Below, piece after piece: positions 1 through 13,469 of a stretch of DNA of 64,000 bases. The stretch's first letter is position 1, and every line of letters begins with the position of its first letter. The notes beneath the pieces were generated by a model. It searched no databases and was not told the DNA's origin. It saw only the letters and a program-made list of their open reading frames with translations. Origin of the DNA: Raillietiella orientalis (Eukaryota). Both the position numbers and the translations under genes were made by a program. The stretch spans positions 9,672,001 to 9,736,000 of the forward strand of contig JAYWIR010000001.1 in assembly GCA_036172245.1 (NCBI GenBank), given 5' to 3'.

Positions 1-1784
1 TTCCGTTTCCACGGGCTACTGCCTGCTCACCTCGCACCTTACCCACCACGAAACCCTCTGCCCTCCCAGCGACAGACCCGTCTGCTTCGACGAGCACCAC
101 ATCGCACAAAGAGTTTTCAAGGGTAGACCACGTTTTTTGTTCTTTGCACGAGGAATGGCAGCGTCTCAACAGTTTGCCTTTGTCGTTTGTTCCTTTTAAG
201 CTTAATGATTCGCGGGGGTCGCCTTAGAGGAGGAGGTTTTGGAAGGTTTACTCAAAAATGGGAACTTTTCGTGAAAGGCCACGAGAGAAACAAAACGCCC
301 CGGCCCCATCCCCGCAACAGAATTTCGGGTGCTGTCATCTGCGAACGGCACGGGCAAACTGCTGCTAACTGACGACCTTTTTCGGATTCGCACCACCACC
401 GACCGCGTACAGGAACGTGCCTCTTGTCTCTCTTTCCCGCCGCGTCCTCCTCTGCGGCTGTCACCCGTCCGTTCCGGGATCTCTTTCCTGGATCCTGTCG
501 TCGCCGACTTTCGCCGATCAGTCTCGACTTGCGTGCTGCGGCAGACAGCGGAAGCAGCTTCGCGCGTCGGTTACCAGCACCGGGATGTTTCATCCGCCAG
601 AATCTCCTGGACCGCTTCCGAGCTCGAATCGTCCCTAAGACGTTTCCTGCGCTCCTCCCCGACCGACCGCTCGCTAAAACCAGGCCAGTGGCTCCTCCCT
701 CGCCGCGGCCGAGACAGAGGGGTGCCCATTCTCGAGAGAAAAAAAAAAAAAAAAAACATACGATCGACCATTTTCCCTTTGTCTCCTCCGCAGCTTTAGA
801 GTGCGCCTCGTTCTGCAACGACACGGAAATGCACCCACCCGTCTGTGGGTGTCACATTCCCAGTGCATTCGTCTTCTTTTTTTTCTTTTTGCTTTTTTTC
901 TCCCTCCTCGAAGAGGCTGGTCACCCTGACGTGGGTAAAGCGCGGTGCGCGCACCGCGCAGAGCCGCCATCAAAATCGACCGCGCCGCGCGCATGCGCGG
1001 GGAGGTGGAAACCGTGGCGGGGGCCCCGCTGCGTGGCGTGCTGCTGCTCTGCTGCGGCTCTCCGAGGAAAGCGTGCGTTTCCGGCCGCGGAAAGACCCGT
1101 TGCGAGCACGCGCGCGGAACGCTCGCGTCGGTCCACCCCCTTGGAAACCTGTAATTTCCACTCCAAATTGTCTCGAGGGACCAGGGAAAGCAGCGCGCGC
1201 GCGTCTTCTGGGACGATCCGGCTCGTAGGAGCTCTCGAAGACGAGAGGAACTCCCGATGCGGAATCGACGGGATGAGGAGGAGGGGAGACGTCCAGCTGG
1301 ACGTTAAACAGAGAGCTCTCGCAGCGCTGACGGATTTATAGGGGCCGGCGGAGCGCCCCTGCGAGCAAGGCGATCGCGCCTCACGTGCTGCGGGCGCAGC
1401 GTCCGAAAGTTCTTCCCGCTGGAAACGCCGGGACGCAGCGCCCCCCCTTCCCGCCCGGTTTCGCCATGCACTCGAGAACCTTTCGCCTAGGAGTTCGGGA
1501 AGCTCTTCGACCCTGTTCCACTCATCCAAGGGTGCGGGTTGCTCTTCGAGTTATAGGAGGCAGCACTGGAGGCGCCACCTTATGAGTCCAGGATGGCTTC
1601 GGAGGAAGTGCTCCCGTTCTTCTCACGCTCGGGAGGGAACCTCGGAAGGTCGACTCCCAGCCCCGGCAGCTCGACGGGTGCTTCCGGCTCTCAGCCAGCG
1701 CCGCGCCCGAAGACTACGGACCAATCAGCGTCATCTCGCGGGGGGTGCTCCAGCGAACGGCGCACCCTCCCATCTGAGCGTCCG

Positions 1785-1870
1785 TCCATCCTTCCCCCGG
1801 CGAGATTCGAACCCGCGACGCTGGTTGTCGCGCAGCCGCCGATGTGGGCAATCCGCTGGTCGTCCCTGAC
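1785..1870 (-). repeat. tRNA-derived SINE-like head, copy 1 (Pol III B box)
   Basis: Minus strand reads cgtcgcgGGTTCGAATC (1804-1820). The 17-mer is identical at 22874-22890, with further flanking similarity. No complete cloverleaf. Confidence 0.5.
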
Positions 1871-3311
1871 CCGCCGACCTGCTCTTGACCCGGCGCCCGG
1901 TCTCTGAGCCCGATGCCTCCGGCAAAGCAAGCACCCTCCTTCCCGAGCGCTCACCGGCCAAACCTGGACTGCTAGCTGGCTGCTTAGCAGCCCCGACCTT
2001 CTTCCAGCCATGTCGACGTGGCTGCGATCCGAGCGGATGCTGGCGTCTTCGCAGGGTTCATCCTTGCCGGATCGCCGCTGCCGGTCGCCAAGGGAACGCA
2101 CGCAACTCCTCCGCTTCTGTCGTCGCTCGAGGCGACAGCAAAGCGGGACGGTGGGGAGCGACCGCTCCTCCCACGGACCCCTGCGGCGCGTGATGAACGC
2201 GGGTGCTCGGCGAGCGCGCTCCGGAGAGATCCCTGACCCCCGTCGTTCCTCTGGGACCCTCCGGGGAACCGTAGCGGCTGAGCCTCGGCGCTCCTCTCCC
2301 CGCCGTCCCAGGAAGGTCTCCCTGCTTCCAGTATGGCACTCCGTCTGACTTTCCCGCTCCGGAGGCCACCACCGGGAAGACGCGCGCCGGAAGGGCCTTC
2401 CACTCGCTCCGCCCGGCTCCTCGCTGCAGCGCGGTCGACGAGAGGGGCCCTTCGATGAAAAAGCTGAGTCCCCAGGGACCGGTGGTCCGAGGGGACTCAT
2501 AGGGGCCGACGCGGCTCCTTCCGCGAAGTACCACGGCAGCACCACTGCCGTTGCCATGGTGCCCGGTGCGGGAGCGTTCCTCCCTCCCGGGGTCCCTCGG
2601 ACTTCTGCCATTCGCTCACGGCCGGATAGGGGCGCAACGGAAAGGACGCGGTCGGAGCGCTCCCGATGGATCCGCGACGCTCGCACCGACGTTCCCCGTC
2701 ACGCGATCGCAGACTCCCCCCCCCCCCCCCAACCGCACACGGCAGCGGAGGAAGGCGGAGCACCCCGGAAGGGAGAGGAGAAGGCCTTCCCTCTGCATGC
2801 AAATGAAAATCCCGCGACATTCCCGGTCCCCGGGAATCCCGGTGAGCATAGAACGGAGGCGGGAACTTCGCCTCGGAGATTCCCCTCCCTGGCGGCGTGG
2901 GAGCAGCCAGGGAAGGAGCGGAAGGAGTCCCCTGCATTTCCCCGCAGGGCATTCTGGAGCTCCGGGACTCCTCCCGTGCTGCGCGGAACTTTCCCGTCTC
3001 CGGCGACGGGAGCCGAAACTTTGTAAGATGATTCCTGGCTTCCTCATCCCGCCTCCCTCCTCCCTTCCGGTTTCTCCCCGAGCACGCGCCCTCCAGCAGC
3101 CTTCTCTGCCCCGTTCTAGGGAAGGGGACCACCACGCCCCCTCCTTTGAAGCAGCGCCTGCGTCCCGCATGGCGACGCGGATTCTCGCAGGAGCGCGTCC
3201 TCTCCTCCCCCTACGACGGAACGCCCTGGAAGCGCTCGGTCGCGGCTCCCGGCACGGGCGAAGGGCACAGAGGGCGCGGCCAACGCGCGCCTCGTCTTCT
3301 TGGCAGCGGTG

Positions 3312-3588
3312 GAGAGGAGGAGGAAGGGAAGCAGGAAAAAAAGAAGGGGGAGCACTAAAAGGAAGGGGAGGGAAAAAGGTAGGAGTAAAGGAAGAAGAGG
3401 AGAAGCAAGGGAACAAGGAAGGAAGGGAGGAGGGGACGAAGGAAAAGTTGGAGAAGGCGAGGAAGAACAGGAGGAGGAACCGAGGAAGAGAAGGAGGGTG
3501 GGAAAGGGAGTAAGGAGGAAGAAGGAGGAGGATGGGAAGAGGATGAGAAGAGGAGGAAGAGGAGGGAGGCGGAGGAGGAGGAAGGGAG
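3312..3588 (+). repeat. GA-rich homopurine low-complexity tract
   Basis: ~280 nt almost entirely A/G on +. Confidence 0.9.
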
Positions 3589-4689
3589 GTCCCGAGAGCG
3601 CTCTCCGGGAAAGTGTGAGGCATCTGCGTGCGTGCGTAGGGGCGGCCTCCACGGTCGGATGTCGGAAGGGGGCACTTTCACGGACTTCCTCCTATCATCG
3701 CCTGGCAGTCTGACTTGACACGCGGGGGACTCTCCAGGTGATGCTCCTCCACCGTCCCGCCCTCGCGAGCGGAGGAGGCTCAGCGCCTGCGGAGGAACGA
3801 GCGAGCGAGTCTCCGTTGACGGGCGAGGCAAGGGCACGAAGGGGCGTCGCGTGCGGGTGCTCGGGGAGGGGGGAAGAGGAGGGGGCCTCCGGGCTTTGCC
3901 GCCGGCCGCCACCTACCGGGGAGACGCGGCGGTCGTGGCAGCGGGTGGGGGATGGGGTAGCGGAAGGGGAAAGGCGTCCTGGGCGCGTTCTGCGCCGGAG
4001 GGCTGCCCGCTTCCCTTCCGGGTAGTCTCTGGCGCCCAGGAGCTGCCGCGAGAGGTGGGGGCCAGAGCAGCCTGCTAGGGGGGAGTCTTCACGAATCTGC
4101 TCGCCGGTGCGCTCGGAAGGACCTCTGAGGGAGCCACCCTGCTCCACCAGCGCCCTGGAGACGGCGGCGCCGACCCGAGGGTGCCCGGAAGCACCCGGCC
4201 TCCCAGCTCGCGAGCGCCCCCTGCGGGTAGGCATATCGTTTTCTCCTTCCCCTTTCGCTTCCCGTGACCGCCCAGGGCGCTCCAATGGGACTTGCGCGCT
4301 CCGGCGGGCGGGGTCGAAGTGGCTGCAGTGGCATGAAAGGGGAGGAGCCAAGCGGGCGCCACCGCCCCGAGAAGAGCGCGCGGCGCGGACGGAGCACGTG
4401 GTCAAGCACGAGGCGCGCCCACGTCGCCCTCTGCGAGCCCCCTCCCTCCTCCCGCCTTTCCTCTCCCTGGGGACGTCACTGCTCTGCATTCACCTTCCAC
4501 CGCAGGCGTGGGCGCTGCGGTCGCCACTAGCGCGTCCTGAAATCCCAATGGAACGTTTCCGTCCCCGCCGCGGCGCTCCTTGCGCGTGCTGAGGGGCGGC
4601 ACGGATCGTAAGGCGTCTTCATGGGAAGGAGCGTCTTCTTCGAGGAGAGGCCGCCGGACGACCTCTGGTGGCGACGCCGAGGCCGACCA

Positions 4690-6400
4690 AGGAGCCCCGA
4701 CCGACTGCGTCTCGGCTGTCCGCTGGCCTCCCAGCACTGTGACGCGACCACACCGATGCATCTGGAAGGGTTCCTTCCGTCGGTCGCTTCTCACTTCCAG
4801 GCGTCGGAGGCCGGAGCGCGGTCCGGGCAGTGGCCACCGGTGAGACACCACCATCGCAGAGCTGCTATGACCCGCGGCGGTCTCCGCGCGCGTCACCGGG
4901 TGTCAACGGTTCGAATGGAAAGAAGGGTGGATCCCCCAACAAAGGGTGATGACGAATCCTTGGGTTGAACGCATGGAGGTCTCCAACGAGTTCGCGTCTC
5001 CAATGGGGAGGATGCCAGGCAGCAGCAGGAGGCGATAAAACCGAGGCGACCTCCGCGCGCGCGACGCCAGGCATCGCAGGTTCGTATCCCTCCCGGGGGA
5101 GGATCGACCTCCCAACAAACGGATGCGTCGTGGGTTTCGAGTGCCCCGCAGGATGACGCTGGCTGACCCAGTAGGAGAGCTGGCTCCTCCTCCCGCGAAC
5201 GGTCATTCCACCCACGGCAAGTTCACATCCTGGTTTGCGTCGCGCGGCCGCATGTCTCTGGGGACTCCGGAGACTCCTCGCGAACTCTTGCAGACCGAAG
5301 AGACCCGTCTGCGTGCAGTCACCGTTCTTCGAACACGGTCCCCTAGGAGACCTCTTGGATGGTGAGAGGTGGGACTCCCACAGAGGACTAGAGCTCCGGA
5401 GGGTGGCCAAGCTGACCACGACCAACAACTGGATCTTTTGCCGGTCCGCGAATGATAGTGCCTGGTTGCAAGGAACCGTTCTCACGCATGCCAAGAAGAA
5501 CGAAGAGAGCCTGGAGACGCGGCAGTGGCTACTGCACTCCTTCTACAGCAACCGTCCGCTTCAGGATGTCATCGTGCAGTCCACCACGTGTGTTTGGGAG
5601 CAAAGAATCTCCCCAACAGCGGCACTGCCTTCTCTAAGAGAGCAATTGGGCAGTAACCAGTCGGTCAAATGGGAAGTCCGATGTGAGATCGGTGGAAGAG
5701 CGAAGAAATTAGGTGGTTGGACCATGGGTCAGCTCACGGATGCTGCGAACCCAAGTGCCCCATCAAAAAGACTATTGCACTGGAGTGAGCTTCTGGGAAT
5801 CCCGCAGGAAGACCTCGAGTGGTCCCCAGCGCTGAAGAACAACCCGGAATTCCCCCTGAAGTGGCAGGAATCTGCACTTCTGCTGTTGCACTGGGGCCTC
5901 CTGTGCAACGCCTGTGGGTCTCACAGGGGGCTGTAGACCCCAAATGTTGCAGGTGCGGGGAACAAGAATCCCTCCCGCATCTGCTAGTACACTGTGTTGC
6001 CCACCGGCCTCTGTGGTTGCCTATGCAACGGCCCTTGGTGCGCTGACGAACAATCCCAGGAATGTGATTGAAGCGCCTCTTCGTGCGCGATTCCCTTTCG
6101 CCTGCAGAATCCCCAGCAGCTCTTTCCTCTTTCCCTGCTACGCGGGGTTGCGGCGGCCTGGAACCATGCAAGAGGAGGACGGCGCGATAGGGACGTCATG
6201 TGCTCCGCCCTGCGCTTCCTGCGGACAGCAGCAAGATGGTCCCACCTGGGGCATACTCGGATGGAACTTGACGGCATCCTGGAAAGAATGCAGAGGACTC
6301 CCTCCAGCATCCGGCGATCCCTTCCCTAAGCCTCCCATTTTTTTTGTATATATTTTTTTGTTGTATTTTTATTTTTGTTTGCCCCCTTCCCCCCGCTGCC
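4690..6400 (+). mobile_element. Decayed non-LTR retrotransposon (L1/Tx1-like) ORF2 3' portion
   Basis: Motifs in order on +, broken by frameshifts: LRLGCPLAS...LEGFL (4705-4775, cf. RQGCPLSP...LEPFL), a degenerate DTTI near 4845 (YADD region), RILGL near 4952, and a clear CCHC zinc knuckle CCRCGEQESLPHLLVHC (5945-5995), followed by a T-rich tail at 6338-6380. Confidence 0.65.
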
Positions 6401-6506
6401 GAGGAGAACCTCGCCGGCCTGCGTGCTGGTTAGTCGGCAGGTTCTGAGCATTTTCATATAATGTAAGGAAGATGGCCCTACACATGTATGTTTAGTTTAT
6501 TTTTTA

Positions 6507-7019
6507 TAATAAACGACCCGGCGTGACCAGGTGATAAAACGCTTGGCGGCAATGCGCGGAAGAAGGACGGTTCGCTCCCAGGGGCGCGCGCCGACGTGAC
6601 TTTATCCGCGTCACGGCGTGCCAGCCGCGTGGACTCGGGCATCCGCGGGTCAACTCCCGCACGCTCCAACCGCATCAGCCTCCGCTGCGGCTCAGGGGAT
6701 AGAAGGACGGATGGGGATGTCCTTTCACGTCTCGCGCTCGCGAAGCACGTTGAGAGGACACCCGACCCGAGTGAGAGCCGAGTCCGGGCACACCGCAAGT
6801 GCCTGCAGAGCACAGACTTTGCGGGTGGAACGCGCAAGCACCCGTCTTCACACGCGCATGCGCGTAACTCATGCGACCGTGCTCGCGCGCAGGAGGAAGG
6901 AAAGCTGCGTCTGGGAAGGAAACCCCGTCAAGGATCGACCTCCTGCGGCCCCGCACGGCGCGCGCACCGGACGTAGAAGAGGGGGGTGTTTCCACCCGGG
7001 TACGCCGGGGCGTTGATTA
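6507..7019. mobile_element. Candidate MITE/non-autonomous element with 27-bp imperfect terminal inverted repeats
   Basis: taataaacgacccggcgtgaccaggtg (6507-6533) matches the reverse complement of 6993-7019 at 22/27; both ends sit in A/T runs; a third solo copy at 11013-11039. Confidence 0.5.
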
Positions 7020-7039
7020 AAAAACTACAAAACGTGGTA

Positions 7040-7300
7040 CGGGGCCCACTAACGGCCAACACAACACCGGACCTGCCGGGACGCAGACTAGCGTGACTCT
7101 CTTCGGCAGTGGAAGAGGATGTTTGGAGGGCCGAGAAGGCATCACATACCAAGAGGAGGGGGGTGTCACAAACAGCGACGATCTTACTCCCACCGGCAAG
7201 TTGCCGAGCTTCCAGGAAACTCCGTGAGATGCCAGGAGGTAGCGGAAGGCGAGCTGCGAGAGAACCGACAGCAAACGGCAGGCAGGCTGAGGTTTCGAGT
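7040..7300 (-). mobile_element. Possible decayed RNase H-like fragment of a non-LTR element
   Basis: Minus-strand peptide RLPLPPGISRSFLEARQLA...LLLVCDAFSALQT resembles retroelement RNase H motifs (SxFxAExxA; ICSDSLSALQA). Weak, by eye. Confidence 0.3.
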
Positions 7301-9559
7301 GCTACCAGCTCCAGGGTGCCTCCGACACTCTGCAGGTAACTGTGACCCAACCTCGGAGGATGCACCGCTTCGTCCAGAAGGACTCTAGGACCGGTCACTA
7401 GGACGGAGATCTTCCGAACGAGGAGCGTGGAAGACGGCGTCGCGTTGGAGAAGTCTCGTGGCCATGTGCGCTTGTTCTGGGGGTCTCGGGGAAAGGGAGC
7501 ATGGACCTTCCTGCGCCACGCGGGAAGGACTCGGAACGCACTCGTTCCCTGTTAAGTTCCTTCCCCCCCCCGTGAGGTTCAAACGCCATCTCCAGCGGAC
7601 AGCAAATGAAGAACGGAAAGAAATTCGCTCGCAGGCGCGGAATGGTGGATGCTCCTGCCTTCCCCCCCCCCCTCACCCCCTCCACGACTTGTCAACAGTG
7701 AGGTTACTGCAGCAACGGCTCCCGACTTCCTTTCTCTCTTGCTTTCTTTGCTTCCGTCGGAACAGCGAACCTTCCTTCCTTCCGGCAGCTGCACCAGGAG
7801 AGCGAAAGACACGCATATGCACGGCGAAAGGAAGCAGGTGGTCCACGGGACGACGCTCGCGCCGAGCGCGTGGACACGGATGGACAGCGGGAGCGAGCGG
7901 GTGTTCGCGGTTCTCCATCACGTGATTCGCGTCACGAAACACGCCGAACATTGCTGGGTGTCCTCTACCCCTAGAAGGAAAGGCGACGTGCGAAGGTGGA
8001 ACTTTCTGGAACGGTAGGAAGAGGAACCCAGCCGCGCACATCGCTTGCCCTCCGTTCACAGTGGTGAGCTGGCGACCTCGCTGTTCAGGAAGTTCCTGCG
8101 AAGGGAGGCGGAGCCTGGGAAGAGACCCAAGGGAGGAGGCCCAAGTCAGCTGGTTTTCGCTTTCCTTCCGAAGAGCCTGCATTCCGAGAGAGTTCGTCTT
8201 AACGGATGGGGAACCAGGAGCAAGTTTCCCCTTCGCAAACACCGGGATGTTTGCTTCCCGCTGAGCAAGGAGGCAGGGTGCGAGCATGTCGTGGACAGGG
8301 AACTTCGGATGAGGAACGCGGCGCAGAAGAGCATGGGAAACGAAACAGAACAGCAAGAGGACAAACAAGAGAAAATCCGAAGCAGGAGAGAGGGCAGCGG
8401 TCGCGGGATCGTGAGAGGAAAGGACAGACAGGTGCACGATCGAAGGGAAGGCGGAAGGCTTGCGAGTCACCTTCGTCCTCCCCTCCTCCTCCCTCCTCTT
8501 CCTCCACATCCGGCTCATCCCTTCTTCCCCTTCCTCCCTCTTCTTTCTCCACCTCCCTTCCTCCTCCTCCTTCTCTTCAACTCGCGTCTATATGGGTGGT
8601 CCACTACGGAGGTTTCGTTCTACCGTCCTGCGAGCACGCGGAAGGGTTCGAAAGGATCTCGCCTGCGGGCAGATGTCGCTCAAAGTTGAGATCTCTACTT
8701 GGAGGCGAGATCATGATCACTGGAACGAAAGGTCAAAATGCATCTATCTCTGCTTCGGAGACGGCTTTCCTTCTCCTTCTTTTAGATTTAATTTCGATTC
8801 TACCTCTTCGATACAGGGATGCCAGATTCCTCTATGCACAGCTTCCTAGAAGGAAGCGAATCTACCTATCACTTCTCCAGAATGTAAGAACGAGCTTGAC
8901 GGTTCACCTGCCTTCCCACTGCTTCCCCTCCAGCAGTACGGCTCAAAGTGCACTGACGGAGCGACGCTCGACCATGGTAAACCGTTTCCCTCATGTAGGT
9001 CGCCTCTCCGCTTTCCGCCAAGACTTCGCGGAGGCTTTCCTTTCCTCTCCCACCTTTCCGCTTCTTTCTCCCCTCACAGATTCCTTGTCTTTCACTTTTA
9101 TTTCGCCCTGCCGTTTCCTGTTACGAGACCACAAGAAACAGATTTTTTTTTGCATCCTCATGTGTCATCTCAGAGCGCTGTGGCGGCACTGATTTCCGTT
9201 TGAGCTTTTCAAATCTCGAGAGCTGATTGGCGCTCCCCTGCGGAGCGCATCGCGATTAGGCAGGTGTCGATTGCGTCACCGTTACGTGCCCGGGCCATTC
9301 CTTTGTGCGTGGTGCCTTCCATATATTATTCAAGCCATCTTTACGAAGAAATGAGGTCAGGTTTACTCCCTTTTTTTTTTCTTCTTCTTCCTTTTTCCTT
9401 TTTCTTGAGCGCGTGTGCTTTTTCCATTCTTTCCGCCCTCTCATTCCTTCGTTTTCGGTTTAAGTGGGTCTCGTTCATTTCCTCTGGGATTCTGAGACGG
9501 AATTGATTTACCCGATCAGCCTCGGAAGTGTCATTGAACTCTCGAGTGTAACAGATTGC

Positions 9560-10470
9560 GTGCCGTCACATGCTGACTGATGACTGCCCCAGCGACGCTC
9601 CGCAGAGGTTCCGGCAAGGAGCAGTCTCGAGTAGTGGCAGATTTGGATGTCTTCCGCAAAACTCATTTCGGTCCTCGTATGAAAATGGGGCATCATGTTG
9701 GGGTGCAGGCCGGTAAAGGCGGGCGGAGAGAGAACGCAGCAACCAACGCCCACTTGCCGTGGGTCGGGAAGAAGAGGAGCGTGAGAGTGCGCAAGTCTTC
9801 CTTCATCCAAAACGCTTGTTCTTTCGCGCCGAAGTCCCAAGGCCTCTGCGACGCGGGGTTTCTGCCCTTTTTTTCACCGTGGCTTCGGGATTTGTTTGCT
9901 CCCGGGAAGATAATCGCAAGGCCGTGCTCCTCCTGAGCGCATTTCGCCCCCGTCGAGATGTTTGAATTCCACTCATCTGATTGGAGACCTCTGTCCCCCT
10001 CATTAACAAACGCTCTTGACAGGCGGAAGGCGATTTCGTCCCTCCTTCCAGCGCATCCCCTGCCCTTTACTTAAATTATCCACTTTCGCAAACCGGAGGG
10101 GCCCCCTTTCATTCCTGGGGAAGCGACCCCGGAGGGTTAACTTCCAATCCCGGCCAGTCAACGGGGGTTTTCCGGCTGCTCGCGCCAGTGCTGCTGCACC
10201 CGAATGTAGGCCAACCAGCATCATCTTGCGGGTGGAACTCGAAACTCAAGACTCCCCCCCTGCTTCCCGCAGACGGTCGTTCCCATGACAGAGGCTGCCG
10301 ACGTGGGCTTGCTGTTGTTTGCTGATTTGTTCTTCCTCTTCCTGGTTCCTCCGGGTGCAGGAAGCAGCTCTGCAAGAGCACTCGCCGCGTGTGTACCACG
10401 TTACCACTTCCCAGAATCCTCTCCCCGAGGCTGTACCCAAGTTTGCGCTCAGAGGAATCGAACTGCATGG
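9560..10470 (-). mobile_element. Decayed reverse-transcriptase fragment (Jockey/I-like LINE)
   Basis: ORF 9508-9840 contains GVGCCVLSPPAF...MSFAEDIQIC, matching the spacing of GVPQGSVLSPxLF...YADDIxI. Upstream HPEEPGRG...RQPLSW loosely resembles IPKPGK...YRPISL. Confidence 0.4.
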
Positions 10471-12081
10471 CTCAGGGCTCCACGCAGGCGATTCCTCTCG
10501 CTGACGCCACCTACCACCGGGAGTGACGGCTGATGGGTCCACCCAAGCAGCTTTCCTGCAGCCCCGAGCGGGCGAACCTCCCAACGAAAATCAGGGAGCA
10601 AAACGGGCGCCGGGAACTCTCCTCGTATCAGGTTCCCCGGAATAAGGTAGCCACATCCGGAACGCGTGAATTCCCCAGCCAGATCTCCTACGGAGCGAGC
10701 GGACTGCCTTCGCCCTCTTCGTTCGCATCGGTTGCACACCGCAAAAAAAAACAAAGAGAAAAAAGCCTGCCGCGGGGCTTCTCTTCGCCCTTTGCTGGCA
10801 GATGTCCCTTGCGAGAGCTCACGCTATCGTTGTCGCCCTCGTGGCCTTCCTCTTTTCGGATTTTCCTTCGCATCAGGTGCCTCTCTATTCTTCAGCAAGC
10901 CCCTGAAAGCACTCGGATGCCGCTCCTGCTGCCGCTCGGCAACGGCTGGCCTTTCTCTCGGCCCTCTCCTCCCCTCTTCGCCAGAAATCCCCACCCGGCA
11001 GCCCTCTTTTCCTACCCGGTTACGCCGGGACGTTTGTTTCCCATGAATAAACACGCCTTGCCTTTCCCGTAGGGAAAAGTCGCGCTCATTTCCTAGCGGG
11101 AAGGTGAGGAGTGAACACAGTTGATAGGGATCCCCGTGGGGAGAAGGGCACAGGGAAGGAGAAGGGGACTGGGATTGGGTGGCCTGCACTCGCCTGTTTG
11201 CACTCGTATCCCAGCTCCTCGTGATCTCCTGCGTTTAGGCGCGTCCATCTGCGTGCCGATTTGAGTAGTCTTCCGCACAAGCAGAGTACGTCTTTTGATT
11301 GCTTTTGCTGCTCCAGCACGCTCCTTGCTACCACGATGGCACGCATGAAACACTCTATCGCCACGTCTGTGGTTTTGGAAAGCCTACCTACCTTTGCTGA
11401 AGGACCTCCTCAGGAGGTTTTGGAGATTGAATCCCGGGAGAGAGAGGCGAAACGTCACTTGTTCCCAACTATGCTGAAGTCCCAGACTGGACCAGCAAAT
11501 GTAGTAACCCAGGGTCCCAGAATTCCCATGGGTCACTTCATCCCACGAGGAATCCCTCGCGGAAAGTTGAGGAGGAGCAAGGGAAGAGGAGGAGGAAAGG
11601 AAGGAAGAGAAGGGGTAGAGCGAAAGGAGAAGGAAAACGGAAAAAGGAGGAGGAGGGAGAATAAAAGGGAGAGTCAGGAGCGTCGTGATGGGCGGTCCTT
11701 CGCCATCTTGCGCGACATCTTGAGCTGGTTGCTGGCTCCTTTTGACCAGCCGAAAGCAGCGGGAAGAAATTTGGAACGTTCCTCCTCCTCCATCAGAGGT
11801 CGGTGTCGCCACTGCCCTCGAACACGGAGGCCACCTCTGAGCCAACGATGGATGCGCGAGAGTTTAAGTGAGACGGCAGAGCACGTCCTCGAGCTGCGGG
11901 GCTCCTCCCTCCCTCGCCACTGCGGTAGAGATGGGTCGCGAGCAACACCTCCGGCTTCCTTCGAGCAGGAAAGGGATGGACCGCCCTCCTGCACTCGAAA
12001 GAACGTGGCCAGGTCTCCTCCGTCCGCGAAGGGCACCCGGGGTGAGGATCTTTGCATTCCGCGGTCACAAGTGGAGACAGA

Positions 12082-12121
12082 AGCACGGAGGGATCAGGGG
12101 GGAGCACGGAGGGATCAGGGA
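12082..12121 (+). repeat. Tandem duplication, ~21-nt period
   Basis: agcacggagggatcaggg occurs twice in tandem. Confidence 0.75.
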
Positions 12122-13170
12122 AGAGAAGGAGGAAAGCAAAGACGCAGATGAGATTGAGCACGCAGCTCGCCTATGCATGGACCGTGGCCACCCGGGGAGA
12201 GGAGGCCATCGCTCCCTGGGCATCTGCATAACCCGGGTGCGCGAATCGCGCACCAGAAATTGGCACGTTCGAAGAAGGATGAGGAAGGGTTCCCGGGATG
12301 CGAGAAGCAAGCCGCCCATCAAATCCTGGAAGCCTCGACCCGGGGGCTACTCCCTTGCCCGCTCTCTCACAATTCTTCCCTTCGCCTTCCTTCCGACCCC
12401 AGGGAGAGCAAACGAGCAGGGAGGTCCCGGAGGTGCTATACCGTACAACAGAGGGCGAGGTCCCCACCTTCCGTAGAGACTTTCCAGACTGCCGACTCTC
12501 TCCGCGGAGTCTCGGCAGCAGCATTCTTCTATCCCTGAAAGAAGAGCCCGTGGCCCTGGGTGAGGACTGCTTGGGACTCTCGGAGCGGACGCCTGAAAGG
12601 AGAAGAGGGAGGATGAAGGGAGGATGAGAAGGGATAGAAGGGAAGGAGAGGAGAAGGAAAGGAAGACAAGGAAAAGCATGCCCGTGACGAAAGCGAAACC
12701 TTCACCTCCCACCCCCTCCCAAAAAGAGGGGCGCGAAGAAAGCGGCTCCTGTAGCCTCGGTAATCGACGCAGCGAAGAAACCAACCCGGACACCGACGTT
12801 TCCTAGAGCTCTCTCGAGACCCCTCCCCCCGGATTTGTAGGGAGGCTGTCCTCGTCTCCCAGGAGATGACGAAGAGGCGTTCAGCCACGCCATGCGAAGG
12901 GTGCAAAAGGGAAGTGCAGGAGCCGCGTGACCTGCCGGTCCGAACCCACCCATGCCAGGACCAGAGGAGCGTCCGGGAGCGCGGCCTTCCCCACTCTTCC
13001 GCCCTCAGACGAGCAGAAACGGGCAACTTGAAGGAGCGGCCTCTGGTAGTGCACAGGCGCGCCGCCACTGCTGGAAGCGGCTGCATGGGAGGCGAGCGGT
13101 ACAGAGGGAGGACATCTCGCTGGAGAACCGCGAATCGTCCTGCGGACCGTCCAATCCACCTGCAGCCGCA

Positions 13171-13469
13171 AAGGAAAGGAGAAAGAAGGGAAGAGGAGGA
13201 GGAGCAAAGGAGGAAAAGTAAGGGAAGAGGAGAAAGAGGAAGGGGGGGCGAAGAGGAGGTGGAGGTGGAGAAAGGGGGGGAAAAGGAAAGGAGGCGTAAG
13301 GAAGGACGACGAAGAGAAGCAAGGGAAGAGAAGGAAGAAAAGGGAAGAGGAGGAGAAGAAAGAAAAAGTGGAAGGGAGAGGGATGGAAGGGGTAAGTGTG
13401 AAGGGGGAGAAGGATAAGAAGAGGAAGGGAAGACGACGAGGAGGAGCAAGGGGAGAGAAGGAGGAGGAG
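13171..13469 (+). repeat. GA-rich homopurine low-complexity tract
   Basis: ~300 nt almost entirely A/G on +. Confidence 0.9.

Noticed and set aside
1785-1870. Functional tRNA gene (also 22852-22945)
   Set aside because: Only the T-loop/B box is recognisable; no acceptor stem or D arm could be folded.
187-4600. Long overlapping ORFs (e.g. 424-1341, 1691-2686, 2551-3513, 2616-3623)
   Set aside because: R/P/G/S-rich, open on both strands at once, no domain motifs; expected from high GC and GA-rich tracts.
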